A DNA stretch of 64,000 nt, from positions 186,001 to 250,000 of the forward strand of contig CAUPSL010001169.1 of the NCBI GenBank assembly GCA_963514005.1, read 5' to 3'. Position 1 is the stretch's first letter, and each line of letters begins with the position of its first letter. Positions 23,701 through 36,247 of this stretch are shown piece by piece. Source of the stretch: Raja brachyura. Its lineage: Eukaryota. The notes under the pieces were generated by a model, which did no database searches, was not told the DNA's origin, and worked only from the letters and a program-made list of their open reading frames with translations. The position numbers and the translations under genes were made by a program.

Positions 23701-26651
23701 TGGGTCAACGGGCTGCCCGACTCGAACTATTGGTGCCGCTACTGACTGCCACGGCAGTCAGATACGAGGCGGCCTCGAGACCCTGCGACAGGGCCACCTA
23801 GAAGAAAAAGACTGCAGGATAGTTTTTCACTTACCTGCAGGTCCCTGCAGTGGAGGAGTAACGCTCCACCCTGCCTGTCGCTCGCATGCGGTCGACGATA
23901 TGTCGCGCATGCGTGCCTGGCGGGGTCTTTACGAAGTCACTCACGTGACTCCGAAGTAAAATTTAATTTGACCATGTTCATCACAGGCATTGTGAGTTGA
24001 AGGCCTGTTGTTGCACTGCAGATACACAAGGGACAGCAGATGCTGGTTAACAAACATGACACAAAATGCTGGAGAAACTTAGCAGGTCATGCAGCATCTC
24101 TGGTGAACATGGAATGGTTTGGCCCCGACACATCACCTATCCATCTTCTCCACAGATATCGCCAGACACACTGAGTTACTCCAGCACTTTGTGTCTTATT
24201 TTGTTCCTGTGCTGTACGGGTCGACGTTCTATGTTCTTGAATCTCCTGCATAAATACAAATCATATTCTTCATTTATTCGTCGGGATTTCTAACATTTAT
24301 TTCAAATTGAGGATTTTTTTGCCTAAGAAAAGAGGGTCCCCAAATGTTTCACTTACACCAGCCATGTAAATTCATGTACACCAGTCAAAAGAAGTGAACC
24401 ATTTTAGTAGATAAAATCATCAATCATCAGTATTTTCCCTTTTTATTTGAATTTTCCAGCATCTTATTTTTTTGCCATCAGGTGAAATTATACTGAGTGT
24501 CAGGACTTTTAGACAGTTTTGTTAAAAAGTGAGTACGGTAAACCCCAATCTTAATGGATCTCTTTCTAAGGGTTTAAGGATATAGCAGACGGACTTGCCA
24601 TGCCTCTCCCGGCTAACACAGTTCCGCTGTCTGATTAGAGCCCCGGTTTCAGACACTACTCCCAACAATAAGATGTTCTACCGATCAGTGATAGCCATTG
24701 CCATCTTATTCGCTGCTGCATGCTGGGGCAGCAGGGCGAAGGCCGTGGACACCAATAGAATGAACAAACTCATCAGGAAGTGCAGATGCTGGAGAATCGA
24801 GGGTACACAAAAGGCTGGAGAAACTCAGCGGGTGCACCCTGAAGAAGGGTCTCGACCCGAAACGTCGCCTATCTCCTTCGCTCCTTAGATGCTGCTGCAA
24901 CCGCTGCGTTTACCCATCCTTTTGTGTAAACTCATCAGGAAGGCTGGCTCCATCCTGGTTGGATTAAGGGGAGGTGGTCTTTGAGGGGAGGATGCTCCTG
25001 AACCTGAGGAGCATGCTGGAAAAAAACAGTTCACCCCCTCCATGAAACACTGATCAACCAGAGCAGCACCTTCAGCAAGAGACTGGTTCCACAAAGATGC
25101 AGGACAGAACGCCACAGGAAATGCTTCTTCCCTGTGGCTATCAAACTGTACAACCCCTCCCCCTTCTGTCATGGGGTAGACTGAGACTAAGTCTGACTCT
25201 AGCCAACCCCCGCTCCCCCCCTTCCCTTCCCCAATATTTGCACATCCACACTGCTTTCTACTCATAATATTAATTTAATGTTTCATGTATTTTGTGTCTT
25301 TATGGCTGCTGGCCATCAATTTCCCTCTTGGGATAAACAAAGTTCTATCACATCATATCGACTAGCAAGGTGCACCAGTGAGCTCTTCTTCACCCACCGC
25401 ATGGTCCGATTGATGCAGCTGTCGCTGCAGTTCACGTTGTAGCCACTGGGGAGAGCATTTTCTCTGGGCTGCCACCACCGACAGGACGCGCTCGGTCGCC
25501 ATGGACCTACTTCCCCTCCCACCTGCTTCTTCCTTAGATACACACATAAAGCTGGAGCAGCTCAGCAGAACAGGCAGAATCTAGGAACATAGAAACATAT
25601 AAATATAGGTGCAGGAGTAGGAGTAGGCCAGACATCACCGCCATTCAATATGATCACGGCTGATCATTTAAAGGCAGTACCCCTTTCCTGCTTTTTCCCA
25701 TATCCCTTAATTTCTTTAGCCATAAGAGCTTAATCTAACTCTTTCTTGAACACAACCACTGCCTTCTGTGGCAGAGAATTCCACTGATTCGCAACTCTCT
25801 GGGCGAAGTAGTTATTCCTCATCTCAGTCCTAAATTGCCGACCTCCTATTATCTGGCGAAGGGAAGAGGGCGGCACGGTCTGTACAGAGTTTGTACGTTT
25901 CTCCGAGATCTTTAGTTTCCTCCCACACTCCATAGTTGTGCATTTTTGTAGGTTAATTGGCTAGATATAAATGAAAGTTTTCCATACTGTGTGTCGGGTG
26001 GTGTTAATGTGTAGGGATCGCTGGTCGGCACGATCTCCGAGGGCCGAAGGGCCTGTTTCTGCACTGTATCTGTAAACAAAACTGAAAGGTGATGTTTCGG
26101 GTCGAGATCTTTCTGCAGACTGAGAGTCAGGGGAGAGGGGAATGAGAGATATGGCAAAGTACAGAGAACTAATGAATGAAAGGTATGCAACATCAACGCC
26201 AGTTACTCCAGCGTATTGGGCCTATAATCAGTGTAAACCATAACCTGCAGTTCTCTCCTACGCACTTTGGCTGCTTCTTCCTGTTGACCATTGATTTGTC
26301 GGCTCCCACTCAATGGCCATCACCATCTCCTTCTCTGGTCGCTCTGTCCGCTCTGTGCTGTGATCGGGGTAACATGGGATCTCTCCACCAGCTGGAGTAG
26401 ATATTCTTGTAAAATGGAATTGACCATCACCATTCAGCTCATGTCAATGGGTATCTCCAATATGTGGGTAGAAGTAGAGAAGGAGGTCCAGTGCCTGTGC
26501 TGTCTGACAACAATATCCACAGTTTAAAATAATGGAGTAGAAAAGTGGACCAAAATTGGCAAATATAAATTGTATTGATCCATTATCTGTAGTTGAGTTT
26601 GAGTGTAATTTATTGTCACGTGTATCGAGGTGCAGTGCAAAGCTTTTGTTA

Positions 26652-26957
26652 CAGCACGGCGATACAGCAGAGATAGAGCTACTGCCTTACAGCGCCAGAG
26701 ACCCGTGTTTTCCCTGACAATGGGTGCTGTCTACGGAGCTTGTACGTTCTTCCCAATCTCCCCATGACCTGCGTGCGTTTTTCCCGAGATCTTCGGTTAC
26801 CTCCCACACTCCAAAGACGTACAGATTTGTAAGTTAATTGGCTTGGTATAAATGTAAATTGTACGATAAATGTAAGTGTGCAGGGATCACTGGTCGGTGC
26901 GTACTAGCTGGGCCAAAGTCTGCCCTGTATCTCTGAGCTAAACTAAACTAAACTAAA
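26652..26957 (+). mobile_element. V-SINE (HE1-like)
   Basis: tRNA-like head, core and (CTAAA)n tail, similar to the other copies. Confidence 0.75.
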
Positions 26958-27279
26958 CGTGCTAACCAGTCAGTGGAAAGACAATACATGATTACAATCG
27001 AGCCATCCACATATGATAAAGGGAATAACGTGAATAACGTTTTGTGCAAGATAAAGCCAGGGACGTCCAAACAAAGATTGTCCAATGCAGGAGATAGTAG
27101 TTCAGGACTGCTCCCCAGTTGTTGGTCGGATGGTTTCAGTGTCCTGATGACAATTGGGAAGAGACTGTCCCTGAATTTGGAGGCGTGACTTTTCACAATT
27201 GGTTATATGAAGAGTAAAGTTGTTATTCTATTCTATAAAAGAAGGCCAAAGCGAATACGTCACAACTACAGTACAAGAT

Positions 27280-27750
27280 TTACAAGAATGATCCCGGGAA
27301 TGAGTGTGTGAAAATATGATGAACGTTTGGCGGCTCTTGGCCTCTACTCGCTAGAGTTTAGAAGGATGAGGAGAGACCTCATTGAAACATACCGAATAGT
27401 GAAAGGCCTGGATAGAGTGGATGTAGATAGGATGTTTCCACTAATGGGATCATCTCACCAGAGGTCATAGCCTCACAATTAAAGTACGCTCCTTTAGCAA
27501 GGAGATGATGAGCAATTTATTTAGCCATAGGGTGATGAATCTGTGGAATTTTGCCACATAAGGCCGTGGAGGCCATCAATGAATATTGTTTTAAGGCAGA
27601 GATAGATAGATTCTTGATTAGTACGGATGTCAGGGGTTATGAAGAGAAGGTATGAGATTGGGGTTAAGAGGGAAATATAGATCAGCCATGATTGATGGGC
27701 CAAATGGCTTAATTCTGCTCCTATCAGTTATAATCTTTTGAACTTATGAC
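27280..27750 (+). mobile_element. CR1-like LINE 3' fragment
   Basis: RFTRMIPGM..GLYSLEFRRMR.DLIETYRIVKGLDRVD RT C-terminus and conserved tail. Confidence 0.8.
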
Positions 27751-29089
27751 AGAGTTAACAGCTGTCTGCAGTGTTAACAATGACAAAACAAGTATATAGC
27801 TCAGATGTAGCATGCTAAAGTCTTGGTAAAACTCATTCAAAGGTATTTTATTAAATGCTCATAATTCAGAAATGCCACTGGTGGATATACAATGAAATTC
27901 TCAGTCCGTTGCAGATAAAACACGTCCACAGCTATTACACCACAGCGTTGATAATCAGTATTGTTCCCAGTGCTCTGTCGGGTCAACAAAACACAGTCCA
28001 CACACGTTACCGTGATCCATAAATATTCACATGACATGGTACTGGGATGTTGTCCATGTGGAGTTTGCATGTTCTCCCAGTGAGCACGTGGGATTTCACC
28101 AGGTGCTCCGGTTTCCTCGCACATCTTAATGATGTACGGGTTTGTAGGTGAGTTGGCCTTTGTAAAATTGCCCTAGTGTATCGAAAGCGGATGTGAAAGA
28201 GGGATACCATAGAACTGGTGTGCAGGATGGTTGGTATCGACTCGATGAGCTGAAGGTTCTGCACCCATGCTGTATCATTCAACTAAACTAAGCAAGATTA
28301 TCTAAGCTGTAGTGTTCACCGTGCTTCGTATTGAAAACAAAGATCCTTGTTGACTGGACAATCAAATACTTGAAGCACTAAGTGAAGCATTAAATGTAAA
28401 CGCAATTACCTCTGCACTACATCATCAGGTATGCGAACAAGGAATGCAGGTTGCAGGATGTGACAAAGAGAAGTGGCAAAATAACTAGGAAGGAACTGCA
28501 GATGGTGGTTTAAACCGAAGATAGGCTCAAAGAGCTGGAGCAACTCAGCGGGTCAGGCAACATTTCTGGAATCTGAAGAAGGGTCTTGACCCGAAATATC
28601 ACCTATGCCTTGCATCCACAGATGCTGTCGTGTCCGGTGAGTTTTCCAGCTTTTTGAGTCTATCTCTGGCAAGATAAGTATATGATGTTTGAGAGGCTTT
28701 TAGATTGCCAATCTGATCTGCAGGAAATAGAGGGATATGGATCATGTTGCAGTTGGATGGGGTCATTTTAGCATCTCATCAATGTTCACCACCGACATTG
28801 TGGGCCAAAGGGCCTCTTCCTGAGATGAACACTTTTATGTTTTAAATAAAATAAGATTAGTGATCAGCTGCAAGCCCCGTTGAACAGACTGCATCATTCA
28901 AATACATAAGTCTAATCTGATTTTGATTAGTTTACTGCATAATTCCTGCAATCTTTGATCAATTTTTGATCTGAAAATCTCTATATTTCAACCTGGAAAA
29001 TAGTCATGCACCTTGACGTCACAGCTGGAATACAATGTTCAGGCAAATCATACACCTCCTGGAAAATAAATCTTCGTAGTGGCTATTTT

Positions 29090-29435
29090 AAAGAAGAACC
29101 TGGCATGGGAGGACTGCCGAGAACGAAGAGAACAAAGAGGGTCCCAGGGGTGGGGGGGGGGGGGGTCGCGGAAAACACAGGTAAACACAACATGGAGGGG
29201 CTGCCGAGAACAAAGGGGGTCCTGGGATTGGGGGGGGGGGCGCTGATAATATAGGTGAACCCAACATGGAGGGGCTGCCGAGAACAAAGAGGGTCCCGGT
29301 GTTGGGAGGGCATGGATAACACAGGTGAACCCAACATGGAGCGGCTGCCGAGAACAAAGAAGGTCCCGGGGTTGGGAGGGGGGTGCCTATAACACAGGTG
29401 AACCCAACATGGAGCGGCTCCCGAGAACAAAGAGG
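29090..29435. repeat. G-run minisatellite, about five ~65-85-bp units
   Basis: Repeated CAACATGGAG(G/C)GGCTGCCGAGAACAAAG..GGTCCC..G-run..ACAGGTGAACC. Confidence 0.85.
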
Positions 29436-29719
29436 GATGATTGGGGACTGTAATGATTACTTTGTAACTGTGTCGTCACCATATACACGGTGACACTTTA
29501 TATACCTTGTGTACGTTTTGCAAAACGAATCATTTCACTGTGACTTGACACACGTGATAATCAAGTATCAATCAATCAATCAATTAAATGGGCGACCTTT
29601 TATTCCGAAATATGGTGCAATGAATGAGTTTGGTATCACCGGGTAACTGCAACAAAGACAGCATTTAAAAAATGAATGGCTGAATGTAAAGCCATCAGTC
29701 GTCATTGATAGAATCAAGA

Positions 29720-30198
29720 GCATAGAACATAGAACAGCACAACACAAGAAAAGGCTTTTTCTTCCACAATGTTTGTGCTGAACATGATGCCAAGACCAAT
29801 TCTTATCTGCTTGCACATAATCCATATCCATCCATTCCCTACACATTCATCCGCCTATTTAAAAGTTTATTTAATGCCACTGTCATATCTGCTTCCACCA
29901 CCACCCCCGGCAGCACATTCCAGTCACTCATCACCCTTGGCGTAAAACGCTTGCCCTACACATCCTTTCTAAACTTTGCCACTCATTGTAAAGCTATACC
30001 TGCTCTTATTTGATATTTCCTTCCTGGGTAAAAAGGCTGATGGTCTACCCTATCTCTACCCCTCACAGTTTTATATATTACTGTCAGGTCTCCAATCAAT
30101 CCCCGACATTCCAGAGAAAACAATCCAAGTCTGTCCAACTTCTCCCTGTGGCTAATACCCCACTAATCCAGGCATCATTCCGGTAGACCTCCTCTGCA
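29720..30198 (-). mobile_element. CR1-like LINE 3' fragment immediately after the MHC class I stop codon
   Basis: TGCAGAGAGGTCTACCGGAATGATGCCTGGATTAG..CTTGGATTGTTTTCTCTGG, ending in a TGTGCTGTTCTATGTTCTATG tail. Confidence 0.8.
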
Positions 30199-30404
30199 TC
30201 ACAAAGGAAGCTGGTTGTGCTCCATGGTCACTGCAGTCTTCTCCTGGTCTCTGCCGTTGTCAGCTGGTCCCTGTTCATTGAGAGTGCTTCTCCTTTTCCT
30301 CTTCATCCAACATCCAATTCCAATGATGATCCCCAAGAGAATAAGAGGAATGATTACAGCTCCAGTCACGCCCCTAATCTTTATACCTTCTTTCGCTGCC
30401 CTGT
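30199..30404 (-). CDS. Nonclassical MHC class I heavy chain, exon 5 (connecting peptide, TM, cytoplasmic tail)
   Basis: ctacag|AC. GVTGAVIIPLILLGIIIGIGCW followed by stop-transfer KRKRR. The five exons sum to 1068 nt = 355 aa + stop. Confidence 0.85.
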
Positions 30405-31176
30405 CTGTAGGCATACAGTATATAGTGCAATTTGAACATTTATTGATCAATAACAACTTTGTAATTATTGTATTGCCTACATTAAACTAGCACTGTTCAT
30501 ATCTAATTACAAAGTAATACAGTTTTAGATTTATGTAATTGTCCAGACGATAGATGTGTTTTAAAAAAATCGATGAAAAACATTAAAATTCATATTAGCA
30601 TTGTGGCTTTCTGATTTTATCTGCAGCATTTAATTAAGAATTTAAATAATCAAGTATGTCAGGAATAGATTACTATTTGCAGTGTGGAGGTCAACAAGGC
30701 TATTTTCTTATGTTGACAATTGTTATTATAACAAATAAAAGTTAACCCATTTATAGTTGATAACACTTCAAAGGTTTTAAACTGCTGCTTGTTCAGTGAN
30801 NNNNNNNNNNNNNNNNNNNNNNNNNNNNNNNNNNNNNNNNNNNNNNNNNNNNNNNNNNNNNNNNNNNNNNNNNNNNNNNNNNNNNNNNNNNNNNNNNNNN
30901 NNNNNNNNNNNNNNNNNNNNNNNNNNNNNNNNNNNNNNNNNNNNNNNNNNNNNNNNNNNNNNNNNNNNNNNNNNNNNNNNNNNNNNNNNNNNNNNNNNNN
31001 NNNNNNNNNNNNNNNNNNNNNNNNNNNNNNNNNNNNNNNNNNNNNNNNNNNNNNNNNNNNNNNNNNNNTCTCACACACATGAGCGCACACTCAGACATTA
31101 ACATTACTGTCTATTTGTACTGACCAGCAATTTTAACCATGTCAGCTTCGCCCTGGTGTGAAGGTCCAAGCTGACT

Positions 31177-31725
31177 CTAACGCCTCTCTAACTTCTACAG
31201 GTGCACAGTAGAGAGCATGCTGACCGGTTCAATCGTGGCTTGGTTCGGCAACTTGAGTGCCCAGGAGCGAAAAAGACTACACAAAGTAGTAAACACTGCC
31301 CAGTCTGTCATCGGCACCGACCTCCCTACCATCGAGGGATCTATCGCAGTCGCTGCCTCAAAAATGCTGGCAGCATCATCAAGGACCCACATCATCCTGG
31401 CCACACACTCATCTCCCTGCTACCTTCAGGGAGAAAGTATAGGAGCCTGAACACTTGCAACGTCAAGGTTCAGAAGCAGCCTCTTCACCACATCCATCAG
31501 GCTATTAAACTCAACTCAAACAAAACTCTGAACATTAATAGCCCATTTTCTCTTTATTTGCACTTTATCTGTTATTTATTCATGTGTGTATACATTTATA
31601 TAACGGTATATGGACACACTGATCTGTTCTGTATTCATGCCTACCATATTCTGTTGTGCTGAAGCAAAGCAAGAATTTAATTGTTCTACCTGGGACACAT
31701 GATAATAAACTCTCTTGAACTCTTG
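31177..31725 (+). mobile_element. Rex1/Babar-like LINE 3' fragment
   Basis: LSNFYRCTVESMLTGSIVAWFGN..RLHKVVNTA..IIKDPHHPGH; tail AATAAAC(TCTTGA)n. Confidence 0.8.
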
Positions 31726-32176
31726 ATCTTGAGAGCTTTGCAGAGGTCTTGTCTGGAACGAATAAGTCAGCGACGGAACAGGTGCTGCCACTTCAGACTG
31801 ATAATGGGGTGGGTTATGACATCACTATTAGCCTTTTGTGTAACTAGCTACTATTATAACGTTCGTTTCTCCCTGTGACTGCGTGGGTTTTGTCTGGGTG
31901 CTCCCGTTTCCTCCCACACTCCAAAGAAATACGGGCTTAAAGGTTAATTGGCTTAGTTAAAATTGTAAATTGTCCCCAGTGTGTTGGATAGTGTAAATGT
32001 ACGCGATGATCACTGTTCGGCAAGGACTCAGTGAGCTGAAGAGCCTGTTTCTGCACCATATCTCTAAAGTGGAAAGTCTAAATCCACAGATTAGGTAAGA
32101 GTGTGAGTTGACGCTGTTATGTAAGCCCAGGAGGTGTATGGTCTCGAGTGATCAGACTCATTGACTTGCCACTTAC

Positions 32177-32449
32177 CCTGTGGAACATTGACTCCCTGCA
32201 GCAGAGTTGCATGTTCGATGTAGCAGGAGAATTTTGCCACATCTTCTCCACTCAGCTGAATTGTCTTCTTCATCTGATAAGTCCCATCCCAATTAGGCAA
32301 CAGATCACTGGATTCAAACGCGGGGACCCCCTCACCATCTCTCAGCCACGTTACATCGATGGCCTGTGGGTAGAACCCTGTGACAAGGCAGGAGAGTTTC
32401 AGTGACTGCGACACATCACGTTTAATCCCAATAAACACCTCAGGGGTTT
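32177..32449 (-). CDS. Nonclassical MHC class I heavy chain, exon 4 (alpha3, IgC1)
   Basis: ttgcag|AA...G|gtaagt, 273 bp. PEVF..LSCLVTGFYPQAIDVTWLRDG..LLPNWDGTYQM..FSCYIEH. Confidence 0.95.
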
Positions 32450-33264
32450 CTGCAAGTAGAAGAAGCGTCAGAATCAGTGAAGACATGAAGAAAAGCAGTG
32501 AATTGTAAGATCAGTCCAACTCACCTCTTTCCCAGTCAGAGTTTTTCCTCGAGCCGAACAAAGGTTCCAGCCCAGACAGAAAGTGCTGGATGAACTCAGC
32601 AGATGAGGCAGCATCTCTGGAGAGAAGCAATGCCCATAGATGCTACCTGACCCACTGAGTTACTCCAACATATTCTATCTTCATTGTAAACCATCATCTG
32701 CAGTTCTATCTTGCACAAGGTTTGCAGCCTTTTCTCTTTTCATTTTGCACTACTGACAAAACAATAAAACATTTAGTTTTAATATCACTGTCATGCTCTT
32801 TATCTTGGCTCCAGAGTTTAGCTGACAGCGCAGAGGGAAGGGGAATGCAGTGCCCAATGGGGGAGTATAACTCACCATTGGGATTAATACTGTAGACATT
32901 ATTGCTTCTACTTGTTCATGAATCTCTGCAGAATAATAACGCTAAATATTCCAAGAGGGAATGAGAGGAAGAAGTTCTTCAACCAGGGAACTGTCGGAAA
33001 TTGGATGTCACCATCCTAAGGAGTAATAGAAGTCAATAGGGAATCTGATTCGGTTTCTGGTCAGCACAGCAGCAGGCCCTTCAGGCCACAAGGTCGGTGC
33101 TGAACATTAGGCCAAGATACATATCCCTGCATTTCCCGAATATCTACGTGACTGTGGATAGAGGACATTGGTGCAATATTTATCTTTCACTTGCACTTCC
33201 AACCCACTGGATCCATCTATGAGGCACGTTGCCAGACAATTTACTGATACCCTCGCCCAAGAAC

Positions 33265-33569
33265 AGGGCGGCGAAGCGGTCGAGCTACTGCCTTACAGCG
33301 CCAGAGGCCTGGGTTTGTTACTAACTACGGGTGTTTGCCTTTACAGAGTTTGTACATTCTCCCTGTGTCCTGCGTGGGTTTTATCCGATATCTTCGGTTT
33401 CCCCTAACACTCGAAAGACGTACAAATTTGAAGGTTAATTGCGTTGGTATAAATGCAAATTGTCCCTATTGTGTGTAGGCTAGTGTTAGCGTGCGAGCAT
33501 CGCTGGTCGGTGCGGTCTCGGTGGGCCAAAGGGCCTGTTTCCGCGCTGTATCTATAAACTAAACTAAAC
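33265..33569 (+). mobile_element. V-SINE (HE1-like) in MHC intron 3
   Basis: tRNA-like head, core, GGGCCTGTTTCCGCGCTGTATCT(A)TAAACTAAACTAAAC end. Confidence 0.8.
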
Positions 33570-33655
33570 AATTGCTCAAGTGCAGGATATTTCCCACCTG
33601 AAGTATCTAGAGGATATCCCCCGGCCCCACCAGTCAGAGTGCATACGCCGTATAC

Positions 33656-33931
33656 CTCTCCTCTGTAGTGCTTCTTGTCCACACTCCAGATATATCAGCA
33701 GCCACTTCACACAGTCCTTCTCCAGGAGATCTTTGAAATACTTGTTCATGAAGGTGTTCGCATTCCACCGATCTACTAGCACCTGCAAATCTGGACTTAG
33801 TGCAATCCAGCGCATTCTGTCCTTGTCGAAAGCACAGGCATCCTCCCCATCATAACCCAGTCTGACAAACCCACCAGTGGAATTGTCACTGTCTACTTCA
33901 CAGCCGCAGAAACCCTGGACAAAGAAAACAG
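33656..33931 (-). CDS. Nonclassical MHC class I heavy chain, exon 3 (alpha2)
   Basis: cctcag|CT...G|gtatac, canonical 276 bp. VQGFCGCEVD..GYDGED..FDKDRMRWIA..WN..LEKDCVKWLLIYLECG with C101/C164. Confidence 0.93.
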
Positions 33932-35768
33932 CTGAGGCTGAGGTGGGGGATTTGGGTTGGGGGGAGAGGATGGAGAGGAGAGACAATTAACGACAATGAA
34001 CGTTCTCAGCGTGGTACAAACAGGCAGAACAGGACACAACATAGAGCTGCACAGCACAGGAGCAGCTTTAGTTTAGACATACAGCGCGGAAAGAGGCCCT
34101 TCAGCCCAACGAGTCCGCACCGACCAGTGATCCCCGCACATAAACACTAGCCTACACACACTACTTATTTTTTCCAACTTTCTCCACCCTACTCCATCGC
34201 TAAATGGTCATGGTCTGATATATTTTCTGCTCACTGAGTTCCTCCTGTTTGTTTTTGATTCAGATTGGCAGCATCTGCAGTTTGCTGTTACTCCATCTTA
34301 GCACAATTGATGATCAGTGTGGATACAGTGAGCAGAAGGGCCGATATCCATGCTTGGATATCCGTGACCCAATGACTCTGTGACCAATGGTCTATATACT
34401 GAGGGCATGGACTAACCTCAAGTGTTGAGGGGGGAAGCTTTAATGTTGCGGTTGTAACACTAAAGCAGTTCCGCTGTGTCAGAAGGGTAGAACTCAGACT
34501 TCTGCATTGTCGTACATAAAGAACAGAGGAAGAAGTGCATTGTCAGATGGGCAAAGCTACAGAGCCAACAGGTCAGTCTGAAGGTTAAGGCCATGCAGAT
34601 GGGATGTACATCAAGGACGTAGCACTGTCTGGGATTGCTACACTCTCTGAGGATTGTTGCCAATATTGAGGGAATGCTAGATTAACAGAATATTATTACT
34701 GAGGGAATAGTTACATAGTCACTTCTTCTTCTTGCGTATGGCAGCCAAAAGTTGTAGGACAACTTGTTCTATTTGATCTTATTTGATTGTGCACGCCGGG
34801 TTGATTGCATTCGTCGAAACAGGGCGGACCACGTGAAGATGGCAATCTTCCACCGCACATAGTCACCGTCAACCAGCTTAAATCAAGGTCCCATCTCTAG
34901 GTTATCAGGCTGTAAATAAACTAATGGTTTCTCCCTCATACCAGCCCAATAAAACAGATGATCCAATCCATCCACTTATTACTGGTGTTGAATATCAAAT
35001 GCTTAACCCATAAATACACTATCACCAGCCAACTGTTATCAATGGGTGTTCAGCAGTAAGGACACATTTCATATAGAAGATGGGCCGTGTATCTATCAAA
35101 ATGTGATGGAGTAACATGGAGAAAATGTTGAGAGTTTCTGATTCCCCTACTGCCTCAGGAGACTAAGGAAATGCGGCATCTCCAATGACTCTTACAAACC
35201 TTTACAAATGACCCATAGAAGCATACTGACAGGTTGCATCACATCTTAGTTTGGAAAGAGTTCGGCCCTAGACCGCTGGAAATTGCAGAGAGGTGGAGAT
35301 GTGGCCCAGTCGACCACACAAACATTATTCCCCACCATTGACTCCATCTGTATTTCAACTTGCTCAGGAAAGCAGACAACATAATCAAAGATTGGTCCCG
35401 CTCTGGTCATTCCTTCTTCTTCCTACTTCCATCCAGCAGAAGGCACGTGAGCTTGCAAGCATGCACCGCCAGACTCAGTAACTGTTTCATCCCCTATGCT
35501 GTCACGTTTCTGAACAGTCCTCCCTTATGCTAAGGTTCACCTCAACCCCATTGTAGACACTGGACTTTGTCTCTGTCACTGGTGCATTACAATGCTGAAA
35601 ACTATATTCTGCACTATATTCTGCACTATCTCTATTGTACTTGAGTTTGGCTTGATTGCATTTATGAATAGTATTCTTTGACGTGATTGATTAACATGCA
35701 ACACAAAGTTTATCAGAATACTGCAGTACATGTTGGGTGTCTACCCCAGGTCTGGTCAGGACACGTAC

Positions 35769-36029
35769 TCGAGATACCATGTTGCTGTTGGTAAATCATC
35801 TCAGCATTTCCTCTGACAATCCCATGAAAACCTGCCACTGTGATGGTCATTGAATCCCAGTGATCCTGCGGGAAAGAATGGGCCATCCATCGTTGTCTGG
35901 GAACAGCCCGATCTAGTGTGCTGTCAAAATATGCGATCTGGAGGTCATCCAACATTGCCACCATACTGTACTCAGGCAGCTCACTCAATCCATGGTTCAA
36001 CAGGTAGTAAAATGCAAGATGGTGAAAAT
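35769..36029 (-). CDS. Nonclassical MHC class I heavy chain, exon 2 (alpha1)
   Basis: ttgcag|AT...A|gtacgt, 261 bp. DFHHLAFYYLLNHGLSELPEYSMVAMLDDLQIAYFDS..RAVPRQRWM...QDHWD: class I alpha1 pattern. Confidence 0.9.
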
Positions 36030-36247
36030 CTGCAATGCATAAACAAAAATAAGTATGATAGTGTCGTTCACTGTAAAGAGCTCAAAGAAATTGCTAAAAC
36101 TGCTAACAATACAATAACTTTGTATAAGGGGGTCACAAGGACCTGCAGATGCAAGTGCTGGAGGAACTCAGTGGGTCAGGTAGCATCTGTAGGGGTTGGG
36201 GGTGGAGGGGGGAGATGATCAGATGACATTGTGGGTCAGGAACCGTT

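Larger units (their letters stand above)
17652..23961 (-). mobile_element. DIRS1-type tyrosine-recombinase retrotransposon, degenerate
   Basis: ITRs 17723-17758 / 23900-23935. Internal complementary region 17864-17976 matches both termini. YR motif HSTRAASTS...W..ESTFQRF (~18190-18310); methyltransferase-like PDIDLFASRL..YVS.EPDP..AMDAFSLHW (~19020-19160); RNase H and gag-like remnants. No TSD; it splits a CR1-type tail. Confidence 0.9.

Noticed and set aside
24350-24412. 13-bp match (CCATTTTAGTAGA) to the start context of GPCR exon 1, with a nearby gtaagt donor
   Set aside because: In-frame TGA at codon 6 and no peptide similarity; likely chance.
30199-30222. C-terminal EHNQLPL as a dileucine sorting signal
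   Set aside because: Does not fit [DE]xxxL[LI], and the tail has no YxxPhi motif.
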